Shown one piece after another: positions 48,323-56,878 of a stretch of DNA of 64,000 nt; within the stretch, counting starts at the first letter, position 1; each line of letters begins with the position of its first letter. The stretch spans positions 28,804-92,803 of the forward strand of contig JANPHP010000034.1 in the NCBI GenBank assembly GCA_031424495.1. The letters are read 5' to 3'. The notes beneath the pieces are model-generated. The model worked only from the letters and a program-made list of their open reading frames with translations, did not search any database and was not told the origin of the DNA. The stretch is from Bacteroidota bacterium. GTDB taxonomy: Bacteria > Bacteroidota > Bacteroidia > J057 > JADKCL01. The position numbers were made by a program, and so were the translations under genes.

Positions 48323-48784
48323 ATGTCGAATTCTGGGCTTTCCATTCACTCCGATGAGCATTATATGCGGCAGGCAATTGCGCAGGCCGAGCAGGCTTTT
48401 GCCGAGGACGAGGTACCCATCGGGGCCATCGTCGTCTGCAACAACCGCATCATCGGGCGCGGCTACAACCAAGTCGAGCGCTTGCACGACGCCACGGCCC
48501 ACGCCGAGATGCTCGCCATCACGGCCGCCAGCGAATTTCTGGGCAGCAAATACCTCGAGGGCTGTACGCTGTATGTGACCATCGAGCCTTGCCCCATGTG
48601 CGCGGGCGCGCTCCGGTGGGTGCAGCTCGAGCGCGTCGTGTATGGCGCGGGCGAAAGCAAATTTGGCTACACGCGCTTCGGTCCAGAGATGCTGCATCCC
48701 AAGACCGAAGTGATCCACGGCATCTTGGAGCAGGAATGCCGCCAACTGATGCGCACATTTTTTCAAAACAAGCGCAATTCATGA
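48323..48784 (+). CDS. tadA: tRNA-specific adenosine deaminase
   Basis: CDA zinc motifs HAEMLAI and PCPMCAGAL. Confidence 0.9.
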   Translation: MSNSGLSIHSDEHYMRQAIAQAEQAFAEDEVPIGAIVVCNNRIIGRGYNQVERLHDATAHAEMLAITAASEFLGSKYLEGCTLYVTIEPCPMCAGALRWVQLERVVYGAGESKFGYTRFGPEMLHPKTEVIHGILEQECRQLMRTFFQNKRNS

Positions 48785-49674
48785 ACGCCATTCCCGCCAG
48801 ACCTAGCGCCCTTGCTTGGTTTCTGCTGATATTTTTGGCCGTCCTCTGGGGCAGCTCCTTCATCTTGATGCTCCGCGGATTGGAGGGCGGCTTCAATGCC
48901 CTCGAACTCGCAGCGATCCGCATGGGGGTGGCGGCGGTTTGCCTGTCGCCCTTCCTCATCAAATATGCCCGCACGATCACCCTGCGTGATTGGGGTTTGC
49001 TCGCTGCGATCGGCTTGCTCGGCAATGCCATCCCCGCCTACCTCTTCGCGCAGTCCGAGACCCAACTGCCCACCGCCGTTGTCGGGGTGCTCAACTCCCT
49101 GTCGCCGATTTTTACCTTGATCATCGGGTTCCTCTTTTTCCAGATGCGCACCCCCCTCAAGAACGGCATCGGCGTCATGCTGGGCTTCACAGGCGCGACC
49201 ATCCTCGCGCTCGCAGGCAGCAAACCCACCGAAGTCGGCACCAACCTCAACTTCTCGCTGCTCGTCGTCGCCGCCACCTTGTGTTATGGCATCAGCACCA
49301 ACCTGATCAAGAACTACTTTGCCGGCCGCAATCCGCTCATGATCGCGACCATCGCGCTCTCCACCGTCGGCTGGCCCGCGCTGCTCTTTCTGTTCATCGG
49401 GACAGACTTCATGACCAAAGTCCAAACCAATCCCGCCGCACCGATGGGCTTGTTTTACATCATCATCCTCGGCGCGCTGGGCACAGCCTTCGGCGTCGCA
49501 CTCTTCAACAAACTCTTGCAGATCAGCTCGATTATCTTCGCCACCTCAGTCACTTACCTCATCCCGATCGTCGCGGTGGTATGGGGGATTTTTTTGGAGG
49601 AAGCCCTGACGGAGTGGCATGGGCTGGGGTTTTTGGTGATCTTGGCGGGGGTTTGGTTGGCTAATCGGAAGTGA
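48781..49674 (+). CDS. EamA/DMT-family transporter
   Basis: ATG overlaps the tadA stop (ATGA). 10 TM helices in two EamA repeats. Confidence 0.75.
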   Translation: MNAIPARPSALAWFLLIFLAVLWGSSFILMLRGLEGGFNALELAAIRMGVAAVCLSPFLIKYARTITLRDWGLLAAIGLLGNAIPAYLFAQSETQLPTAVVGVLNSLSPIFTLIIGFLFFQMRTPLKNGIGVMLGFTGATILALAGSKPTEVGTNLNFSLLVVAATLCYGISTNLIKNYFAGRNPLMIATIALSTVGWPALLFLFIGTDFMTKVQTNPAAPMGLFYIIILGALGTAFGVALFNKLLQISSIIFATSVTYLIPIVAVVWGIFLEEALTEWHGLGFLVILAGVWLANRK

Positions 49675-49800
49675 GGGGGGCCTCGGCTACTCCAATCGAC
49701 AATGCCTACGGAAGATTCAGCTAGGGAAGATTCAGCAATCTTGAAGCGAGTCAAACGCAAATCGACGATTTGCGTTATTCTTCCTTAAGAGTAAGCATTC

Positions 49801-50034
49801 ATGGCATACGACCTTCAATCTGAAAGGGAACTACTTGCAAAACGAATCTTGCTGATCGAAGACGTAAGGGTTTTGCATAAAATCCAGCTTTTTGTGGATC
49901 GAGAACTCCAAGTATTGGAGGAAGGGATTTCGATAGAGCAGTACAATGCTGAAATCGATCAAGCGGTTTGGGACATGAAAAATGGACTTGGCGTGTCACA
50001 TGAAGACCTGAAACGCGAAATAGAAAATTGGTGA
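49801..50034 (+). CDS. Small antitoxin-like protein (orphan paralog of 50142..50366)
   Basis: 77 aa. Shares the E..LLA…L…R.L pattern with the adjacent antitoxin. Confidence 0.4.
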   Translation: MAYDLQSERELLAKRILLIEDVRVLHKIQLFVDRELQVLEEGISIEQYNAEIDQAVWDMKNGLGVSHEDLKREIENW

Positions 50035-50141
50035 GCGAAGGAAAACCCAAGGACACTACCGCAGCCCGACTATCAAAGCAGTCGCGTTCATGAACCACAA
50101 AACCCATTGACTCTGGCCTAAATTTTCTGCATATTTGGAAT

Positions 50142-50366
50142 ATGAAAGTCATAGAAGCTGATTTCGTGCTGCAGAAAAATGAGACCGCACAACTGATTCT
50201 TGCGATGCACGACCGCGAGTTGCTTGCAAGAGTCCGTGCAATCCTGATGACTCCTGAACCCATCTCCCAAGCTGACCTCGATGCCATAGACAAGAGCATC
50301 GCCGCCTGCAATGCGGGAGCAGGGACACCTTTGGAAGAATACCTCAAAGAGCTCGATGCGCTGTGA
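50142..50366 (+). CDS. Type II antitoxin (partner of ParE/RelE toxin)
   Basis: 74-aa ORF whose stop overlaps the toxin ATG (ATGA). Confidence 0.55.
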   Translation: MKVIEADFVLQKNETAQLILAMHDRELLARVRAILMTPEPISQADLDAIDKSIAACNAGAGTPLEEYLKELDAL

Positions 50367-50641
50367 TTTACAAAGTGATCGTGTCTCCTTCGGCCATGGT
50401 CGAATTTCGAGAGATTCATGCCTACGTAAAGCAACGATTCGGCAAGTCTTCATCGGAGCGGCTGAAACGTTCCTATAAACTGTTCCTCAAAGCGCTTACG
50501 AAACATCCCCTCCAATACGAAGAGGTTCCAGAACGAATAGGGGTACGGAAATGTGCCGCCATGGCTCCGACACTGGTCTATTACAAAGTGGATGGCAAGG
50601 TTGTGACCGTTCTCAGAATTCAAGATGGTCGTCAGGGTTGA
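50363..50641 (+). CDS. ParE/RelE-family type II toxin
   Basis: 92 aa. MIYKVIVSPSAMVEFREIHAYV … RIGVRKCAAM..TLVYYKVDGKVVTVLRI matches ParE/RelE layout. Confidence 0.65.
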   Translation: MIYKVIVSPSAMVEFREIHAYVKQRFGKSSSERLKRSYKLFLKALTKHPLQYEEVPERIGVRKCAAMAPTLVYYKVDGKVVTVLRIQDGRQG

Positions 50642-50776
50642 CTAAGCTTTGGTGGAAATATCATCATCTCCTTAGTATTTGCGATTGGGGGACCGCTACC
50701 AACCGATGAAACCAGTCGCCTTCATGAACCACAATACCCACTGACATCTCCCCAAAATTTTCTCTATTTTTGAATC

Positions 50777-51352
50777 ATGGGAAATCCAGAACCGATCGTC
50801 CAATACACGCCGGAGGAATACCTCAAACTGGAACATGCCGCCGCGTACAAAAATGAGTATTACAACGGCATGATCTTGCCGATGGAAAGCCATACTTTCA
50901 ATCAAAACATGGTCTCGATGGATTGCTACTTCGCAATCAATGCAGCGCTGAACCGTGCGGAATGGACGCCTGTTGGAAGCATCGTGAAAATCAGGATCGA
51001 CGAACCGATGACCTATTTCTATCCAGAAATGGCGGTCGTGAAAGGCAAGCCCCAACTCAAAGACAATAAATATTCCTATACCAACCCGACCCTTATCGTC
51101 GAGGTGCTTGCGGAATGGAGCGAAGCTTTTGACCGTGGCAAGAAATTTCACCGCTACAAGCTCATTCCGACGTTTCAAGAGTACGTTTTGGTTTCCAAAG
51201 ACGAGTACCAAGCCGAGGTCTTTTACAAGCTCAATGAGGCTGACTGGCAATACACTAGCTATGAGGGACTTGAAGCTGTGATGGAACTGCGCTCCCTCGG
51301 CATCCAAGTGAAGCTTTCGGAAATCTATCAACGTGTGGAATTTGAACTTTGA
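50777..51352 (+). CDS. Uma2-family (DUF820) putative endonuclease, copy 1
   Basis: …YYNGMI…E…D…YFY…P.LIVEVLS…D…K…Y…I.EY.LV… pattern of the PD-(D/E)xK Uma2 family. 58% identical to 53379..53948. Confidence 0.7.
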   Translation: MGNPEPIVQYTPEEYLKLEHAAAYKNEYYNGMILPMESHTFNQNMVSMDCYFAINAALNRAEWTPVGSIVKIRIDEPMTYFYPEMAVVKGKPQLKDNKYSYTNPTLIVEVLAEWSEAFDRGKKFHRYKLIPTFQEYVLVSKDEYQAEVFYKLNEADWQYTSYEGLEAVMELRSLGIQVKLSEIYQRVEFEL

Positions 51353-51382
51353 TGTGCCAGTAATACAAAAATCATTACCCCC

Positions 51383-51631
51383 ATGAAAATCTCATCCAAC
51401 CTCCTCCACGCCATCCTCATCGCCGCAACGGTCGCCGCGACCACTGCCTGCGATTCGCCAGCCACAGCCGCTGAAACCAAAACCGAGTCACCGATTCAGC
51501 CAGTGAAAGCAAAGGATACCCTCGCCACCAAAAAGGCAAGCCCAAGCGTGACTCCCCAAGATCCAGACACGGTCAAAGGGCCAACGCAGGTCCACGATCC
51601 GCGCAACTGCCCCGCCTGCGGCAAGGGCTGA
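51383..51631 (+). CDS. RiPP precursor-like peptide 1 (signal peptide + C-terminal CPACGKG)
   Basis: MKISSNLLHAILIAATVAATTAC signal/lipobox. Pro/Thr/Lys-rich core. Ends …VHDPRNCPACGKG*. Confidence 0.6.
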   Translation: MKISSNLLHAILIAATVAATTACDSPATAAETKTESPIQPVKAKDTLATKKASPSVTPQDPDTVKGPTQVHDPRNCPACGKG

Positions 51632-51699
51632 AGCGCCATCGTCTCCCAATGATCCGCATTCCACCCAATTCCAATGCCTGAATTCAGCATCCCAATCCC

Positions 51700-51864
51700 A
51701 TGAAACTACCATCCACCCTCCTCACCGCCATGCTCATCTCCGCAACCGTCGGCGTCGCCTGCGGATGCAAGACAGCCAAGGATCACGGCAATAAAAAGAA
51801 CGACCCCCCTCACAAAATTCACAAACCCACGGGAGACGATTGCCCGGGATGTGGCATGGGCTAG
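51700..51864 (+). CDS. RiPP precursor-like peptide 2 (signal peptide + C-terminal CPGCGMG)
   Basis: 54-aa ORF missed by the >=60-aa track: MKLPSTLLTAMLISATVGVACGC…HKIHKPTGDDCPGCGMG*. Confidence 0.6.
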   Translation: MKLPSTLLTAMLISATVGVACGCKTAKDHGNKKNDPPHKIHKPTGDDCPGCGMG

Positions 51865-51949
51865 GCCACCCGCAGAAATTTTGCATCGATTCCAACCCAT
51901 TGCCCGGCTGCTGCATCAAACCCATATCATTCACCAAAATCGTATTGTC

Positions 51950-52156
51950 ATGAAAATTTCATCCAATCTCCTCGGCGCAATGGTACTCTGCGCAACCCTC
52001 GGCGCTGTGACGAGTAGCTGCACGACCACCAAAGTCCAAACCGACGACATCAAAAACTCCGAAAAAGGCGGCGCCGTGAACGAGGGCCTCAGTGGCAAGA
52101 TTCACAACCTCTTCTCGCCCCGTCCCGACCCCTGCCCGACCTGCGGCATGGGCTGA
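51950..52156 (+). CDS. RiPP precursor-like peptide 3 (signal peptide + C-terminal CPTCGMG)
   Basis: Internal ATG at 51950: MKISSNLLGAMVLCATLGAVTSSC…NLFSPRPDPCPTCGMG*. Confidence 0.6.
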   Translation: MKISSNLLGAMVLCATLGAVTSSCTTTKVQTDDIKNSEKGGAVNEGLSGKIHNLFSPRPDPCPTCGMG

Positions 52157-52168
52157 GCCGCTTGATCC

Positions 52169-53311
52169 ATGTCTGAAATCCACGCTTCGTTGTCATTCAA
52201 CCTCGATGTCGGCCTCATACAGGCTGCGCTGCCGCTGTTTGCGGCCGAGGAAGTCGAGGCTTTGGAGTGGTCATTTGACACACTCTTCCAGCAGCCCGAG
52301 CTGCCGGATTGGTTTTTGGAGCTGCTGCAGACCTACGGCGATGTAGGACGACTCGTCGGGCACGGGGTCTTTTTTTCTCTGTTTTCGGGGAAATGGCTGC
52401 CTGAGCAGGCGGCTTGGTTGCGGGAACTCCGCGACCTGACGCAGCGTTTTCGCTTCGATCACATCAGCGAGCATTTTGGCTTTTTGACAGGTTCTGATTT
52501 CCACAAGGGCGCGCCCCTGTCTGTGCCCTACAATGCGCAGACGCTGGCGATCGGGCGCGACCGCCTCATGCGCATCGCGGAGGCCAGCGGCTGCCCGGTC
52601 GGTTTGGAAAACCTCGCCTTTGCCAGCAGCACGCAAGCTGCACAGGTGCATGGCGAATTTCTGGAAGCACTGCTGGCGCCCGTGAATGGCTTCGTGATCC
52701 TGGACTTGCACAACCTCTATTGTCAGCTCCACAATTTTGGGCTGGATGCGGCCGAAATGCTGGCGGCTTTTCCGCTGGCGCGGGTGCGCGAGATCCATAT
52801 CTCGGGCGGCAGTTGGGAATCCTCGGCGCATCGCCCGCACCCGGGCGTGCGGCGCGACACGCATGACGATCGCGTGCCCGAGGAGGTGTTTGCGCTGCTT
52901 GCAGATGCGATGCCCCGCTGCCCCAACCTCAAATTTGTGGTGCTGGAGCACATGGGTTTTGCATTGGCCACCGAGCAGACACAAAGTTATTACCGCGATG
53001 ATTTCAGGCGGATGCGGGCGCTCGTGCATGCGGAGAAAGCGCGGCGCAATACGACCACGCATTCACCCACGACCAATCTATTCTTGCCGCCGTCGCTTAA
53101 TCTGGGAACAGCGCCGCTGGAAGACGCGTCCCTCCATCAACAACAACAAATCCTCTCCGACATCCTGGAAACAAGCGAGTCGCTCGCGGCAGTCCAATCT
53201 GCGATCAGACATTCGCCCCTCGCCGACACGGATTGGGACATTGCGACTTGGGACCCGGCGATGCTGGAGACGGCGTGGCTCATTGCAAGGAAGTGGCGGG
53301 ATGGGTTTTGA
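52169..53311 (+). CDS. DUF692 / multinuclear non-heme iron oxidase (MbnB/ChrH-like) with ~90-aa C-terminal extension
   Basis: TIM-barrel DUF692 blocks in order: LEWSFDTLF, LVGHGVFFSL, FDHISEHFGF, VGLENLAF, VILDLHNLY, REIHISGG…VRRDTHDD. Extra C-terminal ~90 aa (…LHQQQQILSDILETSESLAAVQSAI…) is not part of the core. Confidence 0.75.
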   Translation: MSEIHASLSFNLDVGLIQAALPLFAAEEVEALEWSFDTLFQQPELPDWFLELLQTYGDVGRLVGHGVFFSLFSGKWLPEQAAWLRELRDLTQRFRFDHISEHFGFLTGSDFHKGAPLSVPYNAQTLAIGRDRLMRIAEASGCPVGLENLAFASSTQAAQVHGEFLEALLAPVNGFVILDLHNLYCQLHNFGLDAAEMLAAFPLARVREIHISGGSWESSAHRPHPGVRRDTHDDRVPEEVFALLADAMPRCPNLKFVVLEHMGFALATEQTQSYYRDDFRRMRALVHAEKARRNTTTHSPTTNLFLPPSLNLGTAPLEDASLHQQQQILSDILETSESLAAVQSAIRHSPLADTDWDIATWDPAMLETAWLIARKWRDGF

Positions 53312-53378
53312 GGGGATGTAAATCCTCAGCTGAAAGGGCTATTTGCCAAATCAGCCCAAATCTCCTATTTTTAATTCC

Positions 53379-53948
53379 ATGGGGAATCACACGGTCGCAG
53401 AATATCTGGCGCTAGAGGAAGTGGCAGAATACAGAAGCGAATATTTCGAAGGCGAGATATTTGCAATGGCTGGGGCTACAGGTGAGCACAACCTGATCGC
53501 AAAGGAGTGTAGTCGGGCGATAGACGATGCTGCGGAGGGCAGCGGCTGCCAAACCGTGCTGCTCGATATGAAGGTGAGGATCGAAGGCTCGAGTGCCTAT
53601 TACTATCCAGACATTGCGGTTGTATGCGACAAGTTCCAGTATGAAGATGAAAAACGTCAAATTCTCAAGAACCCGCTCATCATCATCGAGGTGCTCTCCG
53701 ATTCCACCGAAGCCCAGGACCGTGGCAGCAAGTTTCATCGGTACAAGCAGATTTCATCGCTGCGCGAGTATGTTTTGATTTCCCAAAAGGAACCACAGAT
53801 CGATGTCTTTTTCAAAATGAATGACGACAGTTGGCGACTGGACAGCTATGCTGGACTCGATGCCAAGATGGAATTGCGCTCACTCGGCATTCATGTCAAA
53901 CTCGCTGACATTTATCGCCGGGTGGAGTTTGCCGCGCAAGGATCTTGA
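53379..53948 (+). CDS. Uma2-family (DUF820) putative endonuclease, copy 2
   Basis: Start at MGNHTVAEYLALEE aligns with the copy-1 N-terminus. Shared C-terminus MELRSLGI.VKL..IY.RVEF. Confidence 0.7.
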   Translation: MGNHTVAEYLALEEVAEYRSEYFEGEIFAMAGATGEHNLIAKECSRAIDDAAEGSGCQTVLLDMKVRIEGSSAYYYPDIAVVCDKFQYEDEKRQILKNPLIIIEVLSDSTEAQDRGSKFHRYKQISSLREYVLISQKEPQIDVFFKMNDDSWRLDSYAGLDAKMELRSLGIHVKLADIYRRVEFAAQGS

Positions 53949-53949
53949 C

Positions 53950-54030
53950 CGGCCTCTCCCTAGATCTCCTCACTCACTCTCCACACTCACACTGATCCAC
54001 CGGATCTCCGCACTCACACTGATCCACGGA
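53950..54030. repeat. Short tandem repeat (cactcacactgatccacYggatctcc x2-3)
   Basis: Direct 24-26-bp units downstream of the Uma2 copy-2 stop. Confidence 0.5.
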
Positions 54031-54421
54031 TCTCCTGGCATAATTCCACCAAGACGCCATTCGTATCCTTGGGATGCAGGAAAAAAATGAGCTTGTTGTC
54101 GGCGCCGCGCTTGGGCTGCTCGTTCAGGACACGGTAGCCCTCGCCTTTCATGCGCTCCATCGCGGCATAGATGTCGGGCACCTCAAAGGCGATGTGGTGC
54201 ATGCCTTCGCCGCGCTTCTCGATGTGCTTGGCGATGGCACTTTCTGGGCTTGTGGCTTGGAGCAATTCGATCTTGCTGTCGGCGAGTTGGAAAAATGAGA
54301 CATCGACATGCTCGCTCTCGACGTGCTCGTCTTTGTAGGGCGGCTGCCCGAAGATGGCGGAGAACAGTGCCTTGCTTTTGGCGAGGTCTTGGACTGCGAT
54401 GCCTATGTGTTCGATTTTCAT
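54014..54421 (-). CDS. Methylmalonyl-CoA epimerase / VOC-family (glyoxalase-like) protein
   Basis: 135 aa. MKIEHIGIAVQDL…HHIAFEV…GVLVEL pattern of MCE/VOC metal-binding modules. Confidence 0.75.
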   Translation of the reverse strand: MKIEHIGIAVQDLAKSKALFSAIFGQPPYKDEHVESEHVDVSFFQLADSKIELLQATSPESAIAKHIEKRGEGMHHIAFEVPDIYAAMERMKGEGYRVLNEQPKRGADNKLIFFLHPKDTNGVLVELCQEIRGSV

Positions 54422-54565
54422 TGTGGCGAGGAGGTAGAAATTAGGAATGAGAAATTAGGAATTAGCATGGGGAGGTAGCAGGTAGTAGGTAGTAGGTAGC
54501 AGTTGCGGGAGTAGCTAGCCACTCTTGCAATTGCACATTTCTAATTGCTAATTCCTCATTCCCCC
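54421..54565. promoter_or_regulatory. Divergent promoter region with inverted GGAATGAG-RAATTAG repeats and GGTAGYAG tandem
   Basis: ggaatgagaaattaggaattagca (54437-54460) vs its near-inverse aattgctaattcctcattcc (54538-54557). ggtagcaggtagtaggtagtaggtagcag sits between them. Lies between mce (-) and epimerase (+). The same GAAATTAG motif recurs x3 at 58905-58930. Confidence 0.35.
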
Positions 54566-54597
54566 TCCTTTCATCCAAAACAACTAATTTCGCGGAT

Positions 54598-55596
54598 ATG
54601 TTGCAACGTGAGATTTTGGTGACGGGTGCTGCGGGCTATGTGGGCTCGGTTTTGTGTCGGCAATTGCTGGGGCTGGGCTATCGCGTGCGTGGATTGGATA
54701 TTTTGTTGTTTGGGGATGCAGGGTTGGCGGATTTGTCGCAGAATGAAAATTTCAGCTTTCTCCAGGGAGATTTGTGCGATGCAAAGGTGCGCAAGCAGGC
54801 TTTGGTGAATGTGCAAGCCGTGATTCATCTCGCCGCCATTGTGGGCGATCCTGCCTGCAAGTTGTTCCCCGAAGCGGCCACGGCCTTGATGGATGTAGCG
54901 AGCCGGGCCTTGTTTGAGGAAGCCGAATTGGCAGGCGTGGAGCGGTTTGTATTCGCGAGTACATGCAGCAACTATGGGCAAATGGATGGGCAGGATTTGT
55001 TGAATGAAGATTCGCCCCTGCAACCCCAAAGCCACTACGCGCGCTTAAAGGTCGGTTTTGAGGAGTTTTTGTTGGGCAGAAACGCAAGTTCGGCGCAGCC
55101 AATGAAGGACAGCCCAGTCGCAATCAGCATCCTGCGCTTCGCGACCGCCTACGGCTTGTCGCCCCGCATGCGGTTTGACCTCACGGTCAACCACTTCACG
55201 CGCGACCTCGCGCTGGACCGCGAATTGCTTGTCTTCGGGCAGCACCAATGGCGGCCCTATTGCCACGTCGCAGACTTGGCAATGGCACTCACACTGGCGC
55301 TCAAGCTCCCGCATTCCCCAAAACCCGAAATCTTCAACATCGGCGACAGCCAAGAAAACTACAGCAAGGCCATGATCGTCGACGAAGTGTTGCGACAAGT
55401 GCCCGCCGGCAAGGTCGCCTACGGCAACCAAGCCGACACCGATACCCGCAACTACCGCGTAGACTTCGCCAAAGCCGCCCAGCAGCTAGGCTTCCAAATC
55501 ACCCACCGCGTCCCAGACGGCATCCATGAAATCCAAGCAGCACTAGCCGCCCAAAAATGGAAAGACCCATTCGCCAAAACCCACGAAAACTGCTGA
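54598..55596 (+). CDS. NAD-dependent epimerase/dehydratase (SDR family)
   Basis: VTGAAGYVGSVL Rossmann motif, YxxxK region (…HYARLK…). Confidence 0.8.
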   Translation: MLQREILVTGAAGYVGSVLCRQLLGLGYRVRGLDILLFGDAGLADLSQNENFSFLQGDLCDAKVRKQALVNVQAVIHLAAIVGDPACKLFPEAATALMDVASRALFEEAELAGVERFVFASTCSNYGQMDGQDLLNEDSPLQPQSHYARLKVGFEEFLLGRNASSAQPMKDSPVAISILRFATAYGLSPRMRFDLTVNHFTRDLALDRELLVFGQHQWRPYCHVADLAMALTLALKLPHSPKPEIFNIGDSQENYSKAMIVDEVLRQVPAGKVAYGNQADTDTRNYRVDFAKAAQQLGFQITHRVPDGIHEIQAALAAQKWKDPFAKTHENC

Positions 55597-55642
55597 AAAA
55601 ATGGAACCCAAAATCGTTTTCTGGCGGCCAAAGCAAAAATGG

Positions 55643-55697
55643 CCACCCAAAATTCAACCCCAAAAGTGATTCTGTAAATTCTGAGAATTCTGATCTG
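55643..55697. repeat. GAATTCTG-family ~55-bp intergenic repeat element
   Basis: ccacccaaaattcaaccccaaaagtgattctgtaaattctgagaattctgatctg, directly abutting the GTG start of the DegT-family gene. Confidence 0.55.
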
Positions 55698-56833
55698 TGA
55701 TACAGCTCTCCATCCCCAACATCTCCGAGACCGAGCAAATGTCGGTGGCGCGTGCCATTGAGTCGGGCTGGGTCTCCACCGCCGGACCCGACATCGGCGA
55801 CTTTGAGCGCAAGATTGCCGCACTTTCGGGCGTGCGCTTCGCGATCGCCCTCAACAGCGGCAGTGCGGCCCTGCACCTGGCCCTGCTTGCACTTGGCGTC
55901 CAAAAAAACGACTTCGTCATCTGCCCCAACCTGAGTTTTGTCGCCACCGCCAATGCCGTGCTGCATGCGGGCGCAGAGCCGATCCTGATCGACACAGCGC
56001 GCGACAACCTGCAGCTCGACCTGGACTTGCTCGAGGAATTCCTGCGCGACCAAACGGAATTTACCGATGGGCAATGCTTTTTCAAAGGCACGCACCGGCC
56101 CATCCGCGCGATCGTTGCCGTGCATGTGCTGGGCGACTTTTGCGACATGGACCGCCTGCTGGAGCTGGCTCGGAGTCGCGGCATCGCTGTCTTGGAGGAT
56201 GCAGCGGCAGCAGTCGGCGCGAGCTATGACGGCAAGCCCGCAGGCAGCATGGGCCTCATGGGCACGCTGAGCTTCAACGGCAACAAAATCATGACCACCG
56301 GCGGCGGCGGCGCCGTGCTCACCAACGACGCCCGATTAGCCGACCACGTGCGCCACCTGGCGCACCAAGCCAAGTCATTCCCCTTGGAATACATCCACGA
56401 TGCCGCCGCATTCAATTACGGCATGCCCAACCTCAACGCGGCATTCGGCCTCGGGCAGCTCGCCCGCCTACCCGAGTTCTGGATCGCGAAACAAGCCATC
56501 CGCACCGAATACGAAGCCGGCTTCATCGACATTCGTGCCCTCACGCTCGCGCCGCATGGCGACCTCAAGCGCCACTGCGGCTACTGGCTCAACTGCGTTT
56601 TCACATCCGAAGCCCGCCAACTCGAAGCCTACCTCGAAGCCAACGAGATCCAGACCCGCAAACTTTGGGTGCCCATGAATCGCCTGCCGATGTATGCGCA
56701 ATGCCTGTACTTGCAGCACGATGACCACAGCCACCGATGGTATGAGGAGTCGCTCTGCCTGCCGTCGTCGACGGGGCTGAGCGACGATGATCTGGCTTTT
56801 GTGATCAAGACTGTGCGGGCATTTTTTGAGTGA
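55697..56833 (+). CDS. DegT/DnrJ/EryC1/StrS-family PLP-dependent sugar aminotransferase
   Basis: N-terminal …SGWVSTAGP…FE…, …DAAAAVGASY.GK..G… PLP-lysine region. GTG start. Confidence 0.8.
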   Translation: MIQLSIPNISETEQMSVARAIESGWVSTAGPDIGDFERKIAALSGVRFAIALNSGSAALHLALLALGVQKNDFVICPNLSFVATANAVLHAGAEPILIDTARDNLQLDLDLLEEFLRDQTEFTDGQCFFKGTHRPIRAIVAVHVLGDFCDMDRLLELARSRGIAVLEDAAAAVGASYDGKPAGSMGLMGTLSFNGNKIMTTGGGGAVLTNDARLADHVRHLAHQAKSFPLEYIHDAAAFNYGMPNLNAAFGLGQLARLPEFWIAKQAIRTEYEAGFIDIRALTLAPHGDLKRHCGYWLNCVFTSEARQLEAYLEANEIQTRKLWVPMNRLPMYAQCLYLQHDDHSHRWYEESLCLPSSTGLSDDDLAFVIKTVRAFFE

Positions 56834-56878
56834 TTAGCCTTGATTCAGTCAATATCTCACTAACTTACAGATGAGAAA

